Shown here: piece by piece, positions 29,904-39,325 of the stretch
How the letters are laid out: every line of letters starts with the position of its first letter
Position numbering within the stretch: position 1 is the stretch's first letter
Source: Sedimenticola sp.
Lineage (GTDB): Bacteria > Pseudomonadota > Gammaproteobacteria > Chromatiales > Chromatiaceae
DNA: 64,000 bases
Reading direction: 5' to 3'
Assembly (NCBI GenBank): GCA_040505895.1
Contig: JBEVXU010000001.1
Span: forward strand, 124,834-188,833
The notes under the pieces: model-generated
Told to the model about the DNA's origin: nothing
Databases searched by the model: none
Seen by the model: the letters and a program-made list of their open reading frames with translations, nothing else
Position numbers and translations under genes: made by a program

Positions 29904-31727
29904 ATGCCGACAGCTCCCGACCCGCATGCCATCGCTGTACTGATACTGGCCGGCATCGCACTGATTCTATTCACTCGGGAAGAGATTCCACTGGAGTCCT
30001 CCAGTCTGATGGTTCTGGTGCTGCTAACCGTCGGCTTCGAGATCTTCCCCTACCAAGGTGATACAGGCATGCTCCATACAGCCGATTTCTTTGCCGGATT
30101 TGGTCATGAAGCCCTGGTCGCCGTCTGTGGCCTGATGATCGTAGGACATGGGCTGGTCCGTACCGGTGCATTGGAACCTGTAGGGAGGATACTGGCTAAA
30201 GCGTGGATCATATCACCACAACTATCCCTGCTAATGACCCTCTTTTTCGCCGGCATACTCAGCGCCGTGATCAACAACACGCCTATCGTCGTCCTACTGC
30301 TGCCCATTCTGGTGAGCGTCTCCCTGCGCACCCAGACCCCCGCCTCCTCGGTATTGATGCCGATGGGCTTTGCCACCCTCGTCGGCGGCATGACCACCAC
30401 CATCGGCACATCCACCAACCTGCTGGTGGTGAGCATCGCTGCAGACCTTGGCCTTGAGCGATTTCAGATGTTCGACTTCTTTCTGCCGGCGGCAGCCGCC
30501 GGTGGCGTTGGTGCCCTCTACCTATGGCAAATAGCCCCACGCCTCCTGCCACTGCGACAGGCGACAATGAGCGATACCTCGCCAAGAATATTCAGTGCCC
30601 AACTTAATATCACCGAGGAGAGCTTTGCCGCAGGCAAGCCCTTGGCGGAAATTCTGCAGAAGACCGATGGTCAAATGAAGGTCTCCCAGATCAGGCGGGG
30701 CGACAGCAACTTCATTGCCCCTCTTCCGGATGTGGAGGTCAGGGCCGGTGACCACCTACTGGTAAACGACACACCAACCCAACTGAAGGAGTACGAGCAG
30801 CTGCTGGGGGCCCATCTATACTCCGGCGATTTGGCAGTCGATGACGAGCACCCACTGATCAACGAAGACCAGCAGCTGGCTGAGATCGTCATCACTCGTG
30901 GCTCGCCACTGCTCGGCACCACGCTCAACGACACCTGGTTTAGCCATCGCTATCAGATGGTAACCCTGGCCATTCATCGTGCCGGCAGGGTGATGAAGCC
31001 GGAGCACTATAAACTTGGTGACATCCTCCTCCATATTGGCGATGTTTTACTGGTGCAGGGTAACCGAGAGCAATTGGCGGAGATAAAACAGTCGGGACAA
31101 GTCCTGGTGCTGGACGCCACCTCTGACCTACCACACAGCAGCAAGGCCAACCTCTCACTGGCGATTATGGGAGGTGTTATTGTCGCCGCCGCCACGGGCG
31201 TACTGCCGATTGAGATCAGCGCTCTGCTGGGGGCACTGTTGATGATCCTCAGCGGCTGCATCGGCTGGCGTGATGTCGGTCAGGCACTCAGTACCCAGGT
31301 GATTCTTATCGTAGTGGCCAGCCTCGCCCTCGGCATAGCACTAATGCAGACCGGCGCTACCGACTACCTTGCCCAACTCTTTCTGGTAGCGGTCGGCGAT
31401 GCCTCTCCAGCAGTGGTACTTAGCAGTCTGATGTTGCTGATGGCTTTTCTCACGAACGTCGTCTCAAACAATGCCGCAGCGGTCATCGGCACCCCCATCG
31501 GCATCTCCGTCGCACAGTCACTCAACTTACCGCCGGAGGCGTTCGTACTCGCTGTGCTGTTCGGCGCCAATATGAGTTATGCCACCCCCATGGCCTACAA
31601 GACCAACCTGCTGGTGATGAATGCGGGTGGCTACACTTTCTCGGACTTCGTCCGCATCGGTGTGCCGTTGATTCTTATTATGTGGCTGACACTGAGCCTG
31701 ATACTGCCGGCAATGTATGGATTCTAA
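29904..31727 (+). CDS. SLC13/DASS-family permease with two central TrkA-C domains
   Basis: 607 aa. Multi-TM N- and C-terminal halves flank soluble repeats (VSQIRRGDSNFIAPLPDVEVRAGDHLLV and VTLAIHRAGRVMKPEHYKLGDILLHIGDVLLV). Confidence 0.8.
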   Translation: MPTAPDPHAIAVLILAGIALILFTREEIPLESSSLMVLVLLTVGFEIFPYQGDTGMLHTADFFAGFGHEALVAVCGLMIVGHGLVRTGALEPVGRILAKAWIISPQLSLLMTLFFAGILSAVINNTPIVVLLLPILVSVSLRTQTPASSVLMPMGFATLVGGMTTTIGTSTNLLVVSIAADLGLERFQMFDFFLPAAAAGGVGALYLWQIAPRLLPLRQATMSDTSPRIFSAQLNITEESFAAGKPLAEILQKTDGQMKVSQIRRGDSNFIAPLPDVEVRAGDHLLVNDTPTQLKEYEQLLGAHLYSGDLAVDDEHPLINEDQQLAEIVITRGSPLLGTTLNDTWFSHRYQMVTLAIHRAGRVMKPEHYKLGDILLHIGDVLLVQGNREQLAEIKQSGQVLVLDATSDLPHSSKANLSLAIMGGVIVAAATGVLPIEISALLGALLMILSGCIGWRDVGQALSTQVILIVVASLALGIALMQTGATDYLAQLFLVAVGDASPAVVLSSLMLLMAFLTNVVSNNAAAVIGTPIGISVAQSLNLPPEAFVLAVLFGANMSYATPMAYKTNLLVMNAGGYTFSDFVRIGVPLILIMWLTLSLILPAMYGF

Positions 31728-31793
31728 AGCGAGACAAATGAAAGAAGATGGAACACTGAGAACACAAAGAAACACGGAGAAAAAATAAGAACT

Positions 31794-31957
31794 TAGGGAA
31801 GCTCTGAATAAGTCTGGCCGAATTGAATTGTGCTCAGGAGGCGCAAGATCAAGGCGAAGATCGCGGCTAATAGCAGGCTATTAGCAAAATTTTCAACGCA
31901 AGTATTGCGTCTCCTGAGTGCAAGGCAATCGGTCATGACTTGTTCAGAGCTTCCTTA
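31794..31957. mobile_element. MITE-like element, family 1, copy C (full length)
   Basis: TA-flanked. TAGGGAAGCTCTGAATAAGTCTGGCCGAAT ... GGTCATGACTTGTTCAGAGCTTCCTTA. Internal palindromes include GCTAATAGCAGGCTATTAGC. Confidence 0.8.
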
Positions 31958-32028
31958 GGTCTCTCTCTGCGTACTCTGCGCCTTCTCTGTGTTCTCCGTG
32001 TTCCGCTTTTTGTAAGTGACTAATTAAC

Positions 32029-33207
32029 TTACTTCAGCGCCTTCTGTACCGCAGACAGGGCAACACCGGTATTGATCGGTGCACCCATATCCGACAGCAC
32101 CGCTTCCAGCGCCCCAACACAGAGAAGAATGTTCTCCGCCCTGCTGGCATGACCCATCAGGCCGATACGCCATACCTTACCGGCGAGATCCCCAAGGCCG
32201 GCACCGATCTCCAGGTTGTACTCATTCAGCAGCCGCCCACGGACAGCAGCATCGTCCACACCTTCGGGTATAGAGACGGCGTTAAGCTGAGGCAGACGTT
32301 CCTCTTTGGGAACAATAAACTCCAGTCCCATCGACTCCAGTCCCGCCTTGAGAGCATTGTGGTTACCCTGATGACGTCTCCAGGCATTCTCCAGCCCTTC
32401 ATCCTGCAGCATCACCAGCGCTTCGTGCAGGCCATAGAGGGTGTTGACCGGCGCAGTGTGGTGATAGGCCCGCTTGGCACCACCTCCCCAGTACCCCATG
32501 ACCAGATTTTGATCGAGGAACCAGCTCTGCACTTTGCTCTCACGGGCGGCTATCCTCTCCAACGCACGTTCACCAAAGCTTACCGGTGAGAGGCCGGGAG
32601 CACAGGAGAGACACTTCTGGGTACCGGAGTAGATGGCATCGACCTGCCACTCATCCACCTTCACCGGCGTACCACCGAGGGAGGTGACGGCATCGACAAT
32701 GGTGAGACAGTCGTACTTATGGCTCAACTCCACCAGGGTCTTGGCGTCGGATTGAGCGCCGGTGGAGGTTTCAGCATGGACAAAGGCGACTATCTTGGCA
32801 TCGGGGTTAGCCTTTAGCGCATCCTCCAGCTTCTGCGGATCCACCGCACGACCCCAGGCATCCTGCACCATCACCGGCGTACCACCACAACGCTCCACAT
32901 TCTCTTTCATGCGACCGCCAAAAACACCGTTCTGGCAGACGATCACCTTATCGCCAGGCTCCACCAGATTGACAAAACAGCTCTCCATACCGGCTGAACC
33001 GGGAGCTGATATCGGCATAGTCAATGCATTTTCTGTCTGAAATGCGTATTGAAGCAGCTGCTTCACCTCCTCCATCATACCGACGAAGAGCGGATCCAAA
33101 TGGCCAATAGTGGGGCGTGACATCGCCTCCAGAATACGAGGATGTACATCGGAAGGCCCGGGACCCATCAGAGTACGAACAGGTGGATTGAAGCTGCGAA
33201 TTTCCAT
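32029..33207 (-). CDS. Class V PLP aminotransferase (serine/alanine-glyoxylate aminotransferase type)
   Basis: 392 aa, with YSGTQKCLSCAPGLSP (PLP-Lys context) and typical AGT-family colinearity. Confidence 0.8.
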   Translation of the reverse strand: MEIRSFNPPVRTLMGPGPSDVHPRILEAMSRPTIGHLDPLFVGMMEEVKQLLQYAFQTENALTMPISAPGSAGMESCFVNLVEPGDKVIVCQNGVFGGRMKENVERCGGTPVMVQDAWGRAVDPQKLEDALKANPDAKIVAFVHAETSTGAQSDAKTLVELSHKYDCLTIVDAVTSLGGTPVKVDEWQVDAIYSGTQKCLSCAPGLSPVSFGERALERIAARESKVQSWFLDQNLVMGYWGGGAKRAYHHTAPVNTLYGLHEALVMLQDEGLENAWRRHQGNHNALKAGLESMGLEFIVPKEERLPQLNAVSIPEGVDDAAVRGRLLNEYNLEIGAGLGDLAGKVWRIGLMGHASRAENILLCVGALEAVLSDMGAPINTGVALSAVQKALK

Positions 33208-33524
33208 ATGAATAACCTTAAATTAATAAGTAACTTTTTATCTGCAACGGATCATCTCAAGAGAGAATTGATGCTGCTGTGCTGACAAGCTGACAACTCT
33301 AACTCTTTCCGCAGTAAATTAGTAGGTATTAAGCCCCTGCATTTCAGGTGTGTTTATCAGTGTGCCTTTATGGCGCAACCGTAATTACTCAGCACTACGC
33401 CGTAACTGTTCAGATTGCCTCTAAAATTCGTCAGTTCAAGGCGCAAAATGTGAGTTTACAACTGTAAACGATCATTTTGTAACGCAGAAATGGCGGATTT
33501 TAGAGGTGAGCTGAATAGTTACGT

Positions 33525-33938
33525 TCAATCAAACACCTTACCCCGCAACGCCTTGGTCTTGCCACGCTTGGTCTTGCTGTCCATTCGCCGTCTCTTCGCG
33601 GCTCGTGTGGGTTTGGTGGGGCGGCGTTTTTTCTCAATCACCACCGCCTTGCGGATCAACTCCGCCAGCCTGGCCAACGCCTCCTCCCGGTTCTTCTCCT
33701 GGCTTCTGAAGCGCTGTGCTTTGATGATGATCACACCATCAGATGAGATTCGCTGGTCACTCTGTTTAAGTAGACGTTCTTTGTAGAAGTCGGGAAGAGA
33801 TGACGCCCTGATATCGAAGCGCAGATGGATCGCCGTGGAGACCTTGTTGACGTTTTGACCACCCGCGCCTTGGGCACGGATGGCCGAAAACTCAATTTCA
33901 TTGTCGGGGATAGAGACTTGGTTGGAGAGCTTCAGCAT
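33525..33938 (-). CDS. arfB: Alternative ribosome-rescue factor ArfB (YaeJ)
   Basis: GGQ motif ([22 protein letters not shown]) and a basic C-terminal tail ([27 protein letters not shown]). Confidence 0.9.
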   Translation of the reverse strand: MLKLSNQVSIPDNEIEFSAIRAQGAGGQNVNKVSTAIHLRFDIRASSLPDFYKERLLKQSDQRISSDGVIIIKAQRFRSQEKNREEALARLAELIRKAVVIEKKRRPTKPTRAAKRRRMDSKTKRGKTKALRGKVFD

Positions 33939-33967
33939 GGGTCTGTCAGTAGTGAATCACCCGGGCA

Positions 33968-34534
33968 TCAGGCCCGCGAGATGAATTTTCCACTGGTGGT
34001 GTTAACCTTCACCACTTCACCACTCTCAAGATACTCCGGCACCTGGATCTCCATTCCGGTGGTGAGCATCGCCGGTTTTGTTCTACCGGTGGCAGTCGCC
34101 CCCTTAACTCCGGGGGTGGTCTCGGCAATGGTCAGGCTGACAGACTGGGGCAGTTCAACACCTAAAAGTTGGCCATCCACCAGCAGGGCGGTGATACCCT
34201 CCAGCCCCTCGGTGAGATAACCGAGCTGATCCTCCAGGTCATCACGAGAGAGGCCATACTGACTGTAATCCTCCATATCCATAAACATGAATATATCACC
34301 GTCCAGATAAGAGTACTGCACCTGGGTGCGGACACAATCTATCTCTTTGAGGAAGGCATCCCCCTTGTAGGACTCGTCGAGCTTCTGGCCGCTCTGCAAG
34401 TTGATGAAGCGGATCTTGTAGAGTGTCGACGCTCCTCGCGAGGAGGGGCTTTTAGCCTCCACCTGCTTGACACTGTGAGGGGCACCGTTAATCTCAACAA
34501 TTACGCCTCTTTTCAATTCACACGCCTTTGGCAC
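33968..34534 (-). CDS. efpL: EF-P-like protein EfpL/YeiP
   Basis: MPKACELKRGVIVEINGAPHSVKQVEAKSPSSRGASTLYKIRF is colinear with E. coli YeiP, with Arg rather than Lys at the loop tip. Confidence 0.8.
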   Translation of the reverse strand: MPKACELKRGVIVEINGAPHSVKQVEAKSPSSRGASTLYKIRFINLQSGQKLDESYKGDAFLKEIDCVRTQVQYSYLDGDIFMFMDMEDYSQYGLSRDDLEDQLGYLTEGLEGITALLVDGQLLGVELPQSVSLTIAETTPGVKGATATGRTKPAMLTTGMEIQVPEYLESGEVVKVNTTSGKFISRA

Positions 34535-34565
34535 TACCCTCTCCCAGAAAATAATTCATTAATTT

Positions 34566-34718
34566 AAGTGGCTATGCACAATAGTCCCGAAGCACTATCC
34601 ACATAGAGAAAAGTGCATCTGTAGGAGCGAATTTATTCGCGATCAGGCGACCGGGCATCTTCTTCGCGAACAAGTTCGCTCCTATCACCCGGTTCCCATA
34701 TTATGGTGCACAGCCATT
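34566..34718. mobile_element. MITE-like element, family 3, copy 2 (inverted relative to copy 1)
   Basis: Its reverse complement aligns with copy 1 over the whole length, with roughly nine in ten positions identical by eye. Confidence 0.75.
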
Positions 34719-34815
34719 TTAATTTATTGCTCTCATGTGGCCTGGATAAAACAGATTTTCTCAGCGACCTCTGCGTCTTCTCAGCGTTCTTTGCATCCCG
34801 CTTTTTGAAACTCTA

Positions 34816-35526
34816 TCAAATCGGCAAAAAGACCATCGAGGCAACCGTCTGAATCACCGTCTTGATCTGCCGGTTGCTGCTCTCGGCAATAATTAACGCG
34901 GCGCTGTCTTGTAGAGCGATCAATTTACCAAAGAGGCGTTCGTAGCTGAGGTTGTCAACCTCCCCATTTGTCTCATTGCTGATGATAAAGAGTTCACCCC
35001 GGCTATCCCGGTTATGACTCAGCATCCACACGGCAATCTCAATATTGCGGGCGGCATTGTAGAGCTTCTGCGGGTCGAGTTCATCGGTAAGATAGAATGA
35101 CTGCTTACCATCATAGGCTCTCAGCACCATGCTTTTCAGCCCCACCATTAACGCCAGCACACGGTCCCCGGTGTAGTTCTCATCAAAAGCGAGACGGATA
35201 CTCTCGACAGCGCGCTTGCCATCCAGTTCAGGAAAGCCGTTGCCACCGTCCGCGGCGAAGATTCGCTCTAGCGCCGCTTCACGGGTAGCACTTCTCCCCT
35301 TCAACAGCTCCTTTGGATTGCGCCTGTAGAGTTTGTCCGTCAACTGTTTTAAGGAGGAAATAACCAGTCGCAGCTGCACTTCGGTAACCAGATCGACATC
35401 ACTTTTAACCAGATCCTGAATGCGAAATGAGCGTCCCTCTACCGCCGACTCTCTGTGCGCCTTACCGGCACAACCTGACAGCAACAACAGGGAGAGCAAC
35501 AGCAAGCCTATTCTATAACCGTTCAC
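34816..35526 (-). CDS. Hypothetical lipoprotein
   Basis: Lipobox LLLLSGCAGK. 14-nt overlap with the upstream methyltransferase gene. Confidence 0.6.
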   Translation of the reverse strand: MNGYRIGLLLLSLLLLSGCAGKAHRESAVEGRSFRIQDLVKSDVDLVTEVQLRLVISSLKQLTDKLYRRNPKELLKGRSATREAALERIFAADGGNGFPELDGKRAVESIRLAFDENYTGDRVLALMVGLKSMVLRAYDGKQSFYLTDELDPQKLYNAARNIEIAVWMLSHNRDSRGELFIISNETNGEVDNLSYERLFGKLIALQDSAALIIAESSNRQIKTVIQTVASMVFLPI

Positions 35527-36715
35527 GCATATCTCTCATAGCAAAGCCCGCCAGCGGGACATCCAGGTCCCGCGTCAGCCCCAACACCTTGAAACTTTCT
35601 CCCATTTCGGCGGGCAGGGTCAATCTCTTCACCCCCTGTACCAACGTCATGTGGGTGGCTACATCTGAGGGGTCAGAGGCGGCAACCAGCTGATCAAGAC
35701 CACACCCCAGCAAGAAATAAGTTTGGGTGGTATATCCCGCCACCGAAAAACCGGCCTTCTGTGCCGCCTCCGCCATGGCGGTAAAATCGACATGGGCGGT
35801 AATATCCTGCAAACCAGGCAGAATCAGGGGGTCTGGGTGGGTTTGATGCCGGTAGTAGCACATCAGTGTCCCGCGGTCCCGCTGGGGATGGTAGTACTCA
35901 GCTCGTGGATAACCGTAATCGATCAGCAACACCGCACCCGCTGAAATGACCTCTCCCAACGCCTGCAGCCAGGAGGCGGCCCGCAGGTTGATTTCAGATT
36001 CATAGTCATCAGGGTCAAACGCCAGGCGCTCCGCAAGAGGTACGATCGCATCCGTAAGCTCAGCCGATGCCGAGGCGGCCCATTGGGTGACAAAATGGTC
36101 ATCTTCCCAGCCCACCATCTGCTCACTAACCTCACCGTCGGCGATACGAAAGCGCTGTACCGGCATAGCATCAAGCACCTCATTGGCCAACACCACACCC
36201 CTGAAACCCGGCTCCGGCAAACTATCCAGCCACTCAACCCGTGACAGCAGCCCCGGTACCCTGGAAGCGAGGGTTTCGTGCTGACGTGCGCGCAAATCCG
36301 GGCTCAACTCCAGTATAAAATAGTGCTCCGGGAGAGAGCCCAACTGCTCAAGCGCCATCAGCAGATCGGCGACCAATGCCCCGGACCCCGCGCCAAACTC
36401 AAGGATATCTGCACTACCAAGCTGTTTCAGCAGTGGGGCACATTGACGCCCCAAGCACTGGGCAAACAGCGGTGAGATCTCAGGAGCGGTGACAAAATCC
36501 CCGCCTTCACCAAACTTCCGGGAGCCGGCTGTGTAATAGCCAAGGCCGGGAGCGTAGAGAGCCAGCTCCATATAGCGATCAAACGGCAGCCGGCCACCGG
36601 CTGCTTCGATCTCTCCCCGGATAACAGCGACCAGACGCTCACTGTGCTCAAGAGCCTCACCCTCCGGTGTCGGCAGTTTTGATGTTGCCGCTTCCCCTAC
36701 CCGTTGTTCACTCAT
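35513..36715 (-). CDS. MidA/NDUFAF7-like SAM-dependent methyltransferase (DUF185)
   Basis: GDFVTAPEISPLFAQCLG and ILEFGAGSGALVADLL. Confidence 0.75.
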   Translation of the reverse strand: MSEQRVGEAATSKLPTPEGEALEHSERLVAVIRGEIEAAGGRLPFDRYMELALYAPGLGYYTAGSRKFGEGGDFVTAPEISPLFAQCLGRQCAPLLKQLGSADILEFGAGSGALVADLLMALEQLGSLPEHYFILELSPDLRARQHETLASRVPGLLSRVEWLDSLPEPGFRGVVLANEVLDAMPVQRFRIADGEVSEQMVGWEDDHFVTQWAASASAELTDAIVPLAERLAFDPDDYESEINLRAASWLQALGEVISAGAVLLIDYGYPRAEYYHPQRDRGTLMCYYRHQTHPDPLILPGLQDITAHVDFTAMAEAAQKAGFSVAGYTTQTYFLLGCGLDQLVAASDPSDVATHMTLVQGVKRLTLPAEMGESFKVLGLTRDLDVPLAGFAMRDMRERL

Positions 36716-36824
36716 CTACGCCAAAAACTCCCAAATGTTCTCTATCCACACCTCAATGAGGTGCACCGACTAACCAGTTGATTTAAAGTGACTACATAAA
36801 TTGTATCAAGGCTGGAGATAGCAT

Positions 36825-37568
36825 GTGACAACAGATTACCACCCCGTAGCCTTTATAACCGGCGCCGCCCATCGGATCGGCGCCACCATCGCCCGCACAC
36901 TGCACCACAGCGGCATGGACATCGTGATCCACTACCGCAGCTCAGCGGATGCCGCCCAGGCATTGAAGGATGAGTTGGAGCTAGAACGTAGCGACTCGGT
37001 ACTACTGCTCCAGGCCGACCTCCATAATTGCGACCTCTTTTCCGGCCTGATCAGCCGTATTGAGCAGTGGCGGGGGAGGCTCGACTGCCTAATCAACAAC
37101 GCCTCCTCCTTCTACCCCACCCCCGTTGCCGAAGTAACCGAGGCGCAGTGGGATGATCTGATGAGCAGTAATCTAAAAGCCCCTTTTTTTCTGGCACTGA
37201 CCGCCGCGCCACTGCTCAAAAAATCCAACGGTGTGATTATCAATCTGGTCGACATCCACGCCCGGCGGCCACTAAAGAACTACCCCATTTACTCCATGGC
37301 GAAGGCAGGCAATGCCATGATGGTAAAGTCACTGGCACGGGAGCTGGGGCCGGAGATCCGGGTCAACGGTGTGGCACCGGGGGCGATACTCTGGCCTGAA
37401 GAGGGGATGGACCAGGAGACAAAGGAGCTGATCCTCTCTCGCACCGCCCTTGGGCGCCCCGGCACTCCAGAGGATATCGCCAATACCGTGCGCTTCCTCG
37501 CCCTCGATGCCGGCTACATCAGTGGTCAGGTGATCGCCGTCGACGGTGGCAGAAGCACCCAGCAGTAA
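36825..37568 (+). CDS. folM: SDR-family pteridine reductase (FolM-like)
   Basis: TGAAHRIGATIA, a YSMAKAG catalytic motif, and a position next to folK/folB. Confidence 0.7.
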   Translation: MTTDYHPVAFITGAAHRIGATIARTLHHSGMDIVIHYRSSADAAQALKDELELERSDSVLLLQADLHNCDLFSGLISRIEQWRGRLDCLINNASSFYPTPVAEVTEAQWDDLMSSNLKAPFFLALTAAPLLKKSNGVIINLVDIHARRPLKNYPIYSMAKAGNAMMVKSLARELGPEIRVNGVAPGAILWPEEGMDQETKELILSRTALGRPGTPEDIANTVRFLALDAGYISGQVIAVDGGRSTQQ

Positions 37569-37572
37569 GAGG

Positions 37573-38058
37573 CTATGGGAAATCCACCGGCCAGAGCGCC
37601 TGACCGGTTTTATCAAACTTGTCCCATAGCTGCCGGTAGCTCTTGCCTGTAAGGGGGTGTATCTCCTCACCGGCCACCTCAGACAGCGGCAACAGAACAA
37701 AGGCATAGCGGGTAATCTCGTCACGGGGCAACTCCTGCCCCTTATGGTTCATCACACTGTCGCCGTAGGTGAGGATATCGATATCCAGGGTCCTGGGAGC
37801 AAAACGCTCATCACCCCGTTGACGGCCATGAGCCGCTTCGATACCGCGAAGCTCTGCCATCAGCTCACCGGCAGATAGCGTCGTCTCTAATCCTGCCACC
37901 AGATTATAGAAAGGATTGCCGTCAAAGCCCACCGCGTCACTCTCGTAGACGTCTGACAGAATCAGTTCACCAAAGCGCTCTCGCAGCGCCTGCAAAGCAC
38001 TGCGGATATTCCGCTTACGCTCGACATTACTGCCAATACTCAGCCAGACACGAAACAT
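37573..38058 (-). CDS. folK: 2-amino-4-hydroxy-6-hydroxymethyldihydropteridine diphosphokinase
   Basis: LSIGSNV...PRTLDIDIL... is the HPPK signature. It directly follows folB. Confidence 0.85.
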   Translation of the reverse strand: MFRVWLSIGSNVERKRNIRSALQALRERFGELILSDVYESDAVGFDGNPFYNLVAGLETTLSAGELMAELRGIEAAHGRQRGDERFAPRTLDIDILTYGDSVMNHKGQELPRDEITRYAFVLLPLSEVAGEEIHPLTGKSYRQLWDKFDKTGQALWPVDFP

Positions 38059-38415
38059 TCAGCCCGCCTCGCCCCGCTCGATAATCACCCCCACATCACG
38101 AGCGGCACTCACTGCACCTATCTTGTTCAGGGTGAGACGCACCCACTGAACACCAAACTCCTCGCGAACAATCTCCGCACAGCGTTCGGCCAAGGTCTCC
38201 ACCAACTGAAACTCACTCCTCTCGACAAACTCCACCAGCCGCTTTGAAACCGCTTTATAATTCACGGCATCCTCAATGCTTTCAGTCTCGGCAGCGCGTC
38301 TAACATCGGTACTCATCTCCAGATCCAGCACCACTGTCTGTCTGATCTCACGCTCCCAATCGTAGATACCGATAACGGTTTCAATACGCAGACCTCGCAA
38401 AAAAACAATGTCCAT
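38059..38415 (-). CDS. folB: Dihydroneopterin aldolase
   Basis: MDIVFLRGLRIETVIGIYDWEREIRQ... The internal start was chosen. Confidence 0.85.
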   Translation of the reverse strand: MDIVFLRGLRIETVIGIYDWEREIRQTVVLDLEMSTDVRRAAETESIEDAVNYKAVSKRLVEFVERSEFQLVETLAERCAEIVREEFGVQWVRLTLNKIGAVSAARDVGVIIERGEAG

Positions 38416-38597
38416 AAATTCAATACCTAAACGCAAAGAGTCGAGCGGTCAACTGCGGATGCCAGTGTAGTGCCTCAACGAATTCGGGGAAGAATATGGT
38501 AAAGCAGTCCCGAAAATTAACAACCCGCCTTGACCGGGACCCACCTCTGGCCGGAAAATCCCCCCCACAGACCCGACAGGCAACAGACTTAAACCCA

Positions 38598-39203
38598 ATG
38601 ACCGACGCACTCCTAATCATCGCATCCTACCTCCTAGGCTCCCTCTCCAGCGCCATCATCGTATGCAGATTGATGGGGCTGCCCGACCCCCGCAGCCAGG
38701 GCTCAAACAACCCCGGCGCCACCAATGTGCTGCGCATCGGAGGAAAGAAGGCCGCTGCCATCACCCTTGCCGGCGACAGCCTCAAGGGGCTGATTTCCGT
38801 GCTGGTGGCCCGGATGATGGGGGTAGATGATCTGGTGCTGGGGTTGGTGGCCATGGCCGCTTTCCTCGGTCACCTCTACCCGCTGTTCTTCGGTTTCAAA
38901 GGGGGAAAAGGGGTGGCCACCGCCCTCGGAACTCAGTTTGGTCTCGGCTGGGAGATCGGTGGCAGCATCGCCATTATCTGGCTGCTCATCGCCAAGGGGC
39001 TTAACATCTCCTCCCTGGCCGCTCTGGTGGCAATGGCACTGGCACCACTGATTGTCTGGTACTTCACCGGGTCACAAGAGCTGCTAGTGATGCAAATCGC
39101 CATGAGCCTGCTGCTAATCTGGCGCCACCGTAGCAATATCCGCAACCTGATCTCGGGTGAGGAAGGAAAAATCAGCAAGGAGCAGGGTTCGGAAGAGCAA
39201 TAA
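38598..39203 (+). CDS. plsY: Glycerol-3-phosphate acyltransferase PlsY
   Basis: YLLGSLSSAIIVCRL...GSNNPGATNVLRIGGKKAA...GHLYPLFFGFKGGKGVAT. The internal start MTDALL was chosen. Confidence 0.9.
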   Translation: MTDALLIIASYLLGSLSSAIIVCRLMGLPDPRSQGSNNPGATNVLRIGGKKAAAITLAGDSLKGLISVLVARMMGVDDLVLGLVAMAAFLGHLYPLFFGFKGGKGVATALGTQFGLGWEIGGSIAIIWLLIAKGLNISSLAALVAMALAPLIVWYFTGSQELLVMQIAMSLLLIWRHRSNIRNLISGEEGKISKEQGSEEQ

Positions 39204-39325
39204 TCCGCCTCAATCGACCCATTCACAGCCTTGAATAGCCTGATTCACCCAGGCTGTGGCATAATTCGTCGGCTAACGAATTCATTTATTATCTCTACCC
39301 TACATAATTTTAGGAGCTATTTACC

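Noticed and set aside
29706-34718. Reading the inverted family 3 MITE pair as a composite transposon
   Set aside because: There is no transposase between the copies, and the cargo looks like ordinary housekeeping or metabolic genes with backbone composition. I kept it only as a possible inversion substrate.
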